Shown here: positions 62,085 to 64,000 of the stretch, piece after piece
Numbering within the stretch: the first letter of the stretch is position 1
Layout of the letters: each line of letters begins with the position of its first letter
Assembly: GCA_011050085.1 (NCBI GenBank)
Contig: DRGL01000023.1
Coordinates: 308,571-372,570 of the forward strand
Direction: 5' to 3'
From: Pricia antarctica
GTDB lineage: Bacteria > Bacteroidota > Bacteroidia > Flavobacteriales > Flavobacteriaceae
Length of the DNA stretch: 64,000 nt
Program-made: the position numbers and the translations under genes
Notes under the pieces: generated by a model
What the model was told of the DNA's origin: nothing
Seen by the model: only the letters and a program-made list of their open reading frames with translations
Databases searched by the model: none

Positions 62085-62155
62085 CCCGCTGTTAACTTTC
62101 TACTAGCTCTTCCCCCGAATGGGCTAGCAGAAATTACAGCGGGTATTGAACACTA
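62085..62155 (-). repeat. Copy 2 of the 71-nt hairpin element, followed by a long U tract on the minus strand (terminator-like)
   Basis: Minus strand: acccgctgt aa tttct gctagc [ccattcgggggaaga] gctagt agaaa gtta acagcgggt, then a T run. Confidence 0.85.
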
Positions 62156-62206
62156 AACTAACTAATTCAAAAACTATATTTAAAGGCAAGTACAATAGCC
62201 TTCCTT

Positions 62207-62338
62207 TTATTTAGAAACGTCATCACGTTTTATAGGTTTGGTTGGTTTGACACTCCAGTTTCCATTTAATAGAGCATGTGTTCCAAAATCGATGATTACA
62301 CAGGTAATCATGGCTATTTTATAGATTTCAGTTTCCAT
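62207..62338 (-). CDS. Putative 43-aa small ORF with a signal-peptide-like N-terminus
   Basis: METEIYKIAMITCVIIDFGTHALLNGNWSVKPTKPIKRDDVSK*; ends 51 nt before hairpin copy 2. Confidence 0.3.
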   Translation of the reverse strand: METEIYKIAMITCVIIDFGTHALLNGNWSVKPTKPIKRDDVSK

Positions 62339-63100
62339 ACTATCTTGGTTCTAAATTCGTTATAAATATAAAATGATACCTTTTTGTATTAAAATGCTAT
62401 TGTGTGAATGGTTACTTTTCGAGTATAAATGGGAAATATTCTTTTATAAATTTTTATTTTCTACTATAAAGCAAGTAAATATCACTAAGTGGGTATACAT
62501 CTTAAATACTATAGCTGAGGCAACTCAATGTCATCACGAAGAAAATCGGTAACTGCCTGATTTCTTTTGGCACATTATCCTTTTGTTCAATTTAATCAAT
62601 CGATAATTCGCATATGATAATACTATCACATCCTAATTAATCATTATTGACAAATATTGATTTCTTTATATCAGAATCAAAAGTGTTCATTTGACCAAAT
62701 AAGTTGAATAGTCTAAATGCTTTATGGCTCTGGTTTTTAGCAATTAATACAAACATTTAAACATTGTTCTGAATTTTTTAATACATTGTAAAGTGTCCAT
62801 TTAAATATCAGGAATATCATAAGCCCTTATATTACTGTATGGTTGGCATTTGTCTACAGCCCTTTGTAAAATTCGAAGATAGAAACATAAGGATTCAAGC
62901 CAGAAGTAGAACAAATAGCTAAATTGGCAGCAGTTGAAAGAAAGTGAATTCCTTTGTTTTTTTGATGGATGATATCGCCACTTCAGTCATTAATTAACTT
63001 AAAAATCGCATTTTTTAAATGTATCGAAGCTTCGAATTATAAGCTGAGATCAAAGCGAGCGGATTTTGTTTCGTTATAAACGCTTTAAACAAGCAAGACT

Positions 63101-63661
63101 ATGGATTTAGAAAATATGAACATGTGGTACTGGTTAATTACCTTTCTTATAGCTGCCATTTTCGGTATCATAGGCTACTATTTTGGTAAAGGACGTATTG
63201 AAAACATCGACAAATCCGCAGACTTGGGTACGCTACGTGACAAGAATTCTAAATTACAATCCGATTTAGATGCCTGTAATGAATTACGCCTAGCCAATAC
63301 AAGCAGTGCCGCTAATAAATCTAATTCCTTGGTCTCAATGTCTAAAGAGGCCGAAATTATAGTGTTTGACGAAATAGCCGCTAAGTCCACCTTCGCAAAA
63401 CCCATTAGAGAGAATGATTTGAAGGTAATAGAAGGTATCGGCCCAAAAATTGAAGAAATGTTCCATGTTGCCGGTATCAAAACTTGGAAAACCCTATCTG
63501 AGACTTCGGTAGCAGGTTGTCAAGATATTTTGAAAAAAGGTGGTGAGCGCTATAAAATTCATGACCCATCTTCTTGGCCAATGCAAGCCAAGATGTGCTA
63601 TACGAACAAATGGAAGGAATTAATAAAATGGCAAAATGAACACGCCCATGGAAAGCTATAG
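63101..63661 (+). CDS. Membrane-anchored protein with a coiled coil and a helix-hairpin-helix (DUF4332/COG3743-like) domain
   Basis: N-terminal TM segment; DLKVIEGIGPKIEEMFHVAGIKTW...WPMQA. Confidence 0.78.
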   Translation: MDLENMNMWYWLITFLIAAIFGIIGYYFGKGRIENIDKSADLGTLRDKNSKLQSDLDACNELRLANTSSAANKSNSLVSMSKEAEIIVFDEIAAKSTFAKPIRENDLKVIEGIGPKIEEMFHVAGIKTWKTLSETSVAGCQDILKKGGERYKIHDPSSWPMQAKMCYTNKWKELIKWQNEHAHGKL

Positions 63662-63742
63662 ATCAATAGAGTCCCTTAGCATCCTTCTAGTATTTAGCAT
63701 TCGAAGGCTAATGGAGCCAAAATTTCAGATTTTAAATAATGT

Positions 63743-63776
63743 AAAATCCGGTGAGCTTTGTGGCTTACCGGATTTT
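63743..63776. terminator. Bidirectional intrinsic terminator
   Basis: aaaatccggtgagc-tttgtg-gcttaccggatttt between convergent genes. Confidence 0.8.
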
Positions 63777-63815
63777 ATATTTTAAACTTACGTTTCGCTA
63801 GATTACTAGGAATTC

Positions 63816-64000
63816 TTATACCATACCATTAGCCTCTACCCACTTGAAACGGTACTGGTCTTCCGGATATTTCATACGCTCGGAGATGCGCTCCAACCTT
63901 GCCGGAAGTTTTACAAGATAATCCCTAGCTTTTTCGGCTTCATCGGAAAGACTTCGTAAGCTTTCGATTTCCCAGTAGCTATTAAGCTTACTGAGAATAT
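63816..64000 (-). CDS. Acyl-ACP desaturase (ferritin-like di-iron), 3' end only
   Basis: Manual translation ILSKLNSYWEIESLRSLSDEAEKARDYLVKLPARLERISERMKYPEDQYRFKWVEANGMV*. AEKARDYL..LP.R is typical of the family C-terminus. Confidence 0.75.
   Translation of the reverse strand, partial: ILSKLNSYWEIESLRSLSDEAEKARDYLVKLPARLERISERMKYPEDQYRFKWVEANGMV

Noticed and set aside
61031-62155. 71-nt repeats as integron attC sites, IS ends or CRISPR repeats
   Set aside because: No RYYYAAC/GTTRRRY boxes, integrase, transposase, target duplication or cas genes; only two copies.
1-64000. tRNA, rRNA, tmRNA, RNase P, SRP and common riboswitches
   Set aside because: No recognisable conserved motifs by eye; a covariance-model scan would be needed to exclude them formally.

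Overview
The window is a mostly housekeeping segment of a marine-type Flavobacteriaceae (Bacteroidota) chromosome; this is inferred from the protein families, SPII lipoproteins and TAnnTTTG -7 promoter boxes. Recognisable genes are hemC (partial)-hemA / AraC regulator / hemH, uvrC, lspA-dksA-like-ileS, TonB receptor-recO-gdhA, a cystathionine lyase, an OmpA/TSP3 protein, kbl, glpK, cvpA, nbaC, ALDH7 and the 3' end of an acyl-ACP desaturase. I found no rRNA, tRNA, CRISPR array, transposase, integrase or intact defence system. I cannot claim a definitively new system. The strongest leads are: (1) a Cys/Thr proline-racemase-family dehydratase coupled to a mu-crystallin-family reductase, i.e. a probable trans-3-hydroxy-L-proline catabolic pair; (2) two 85%-identical 71-nt hairpins flanking a collagen-like lipoprotein gene, with G.U-compatible variation on the minus strand and a 43-aa sORF ahead of one copy; (3) a perfect Fur-box-like palindrome on the AraC regulator inside the heme cluster; (4) a cNMP-binding/glutaredoxin-like/TrxR-like fusion that lacks the catalytic CxxC; (5) an orphan CHASE-HisKA_2 kinase coupled to nbaC; (6) decayed genes hidden in the intergenic gaps (Mrr, the C-terminus of a bacterial alpha-2-macroglobulin, DUF1304 and unidentified remnants). 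All family assignments come from motif recognition, not database searches.
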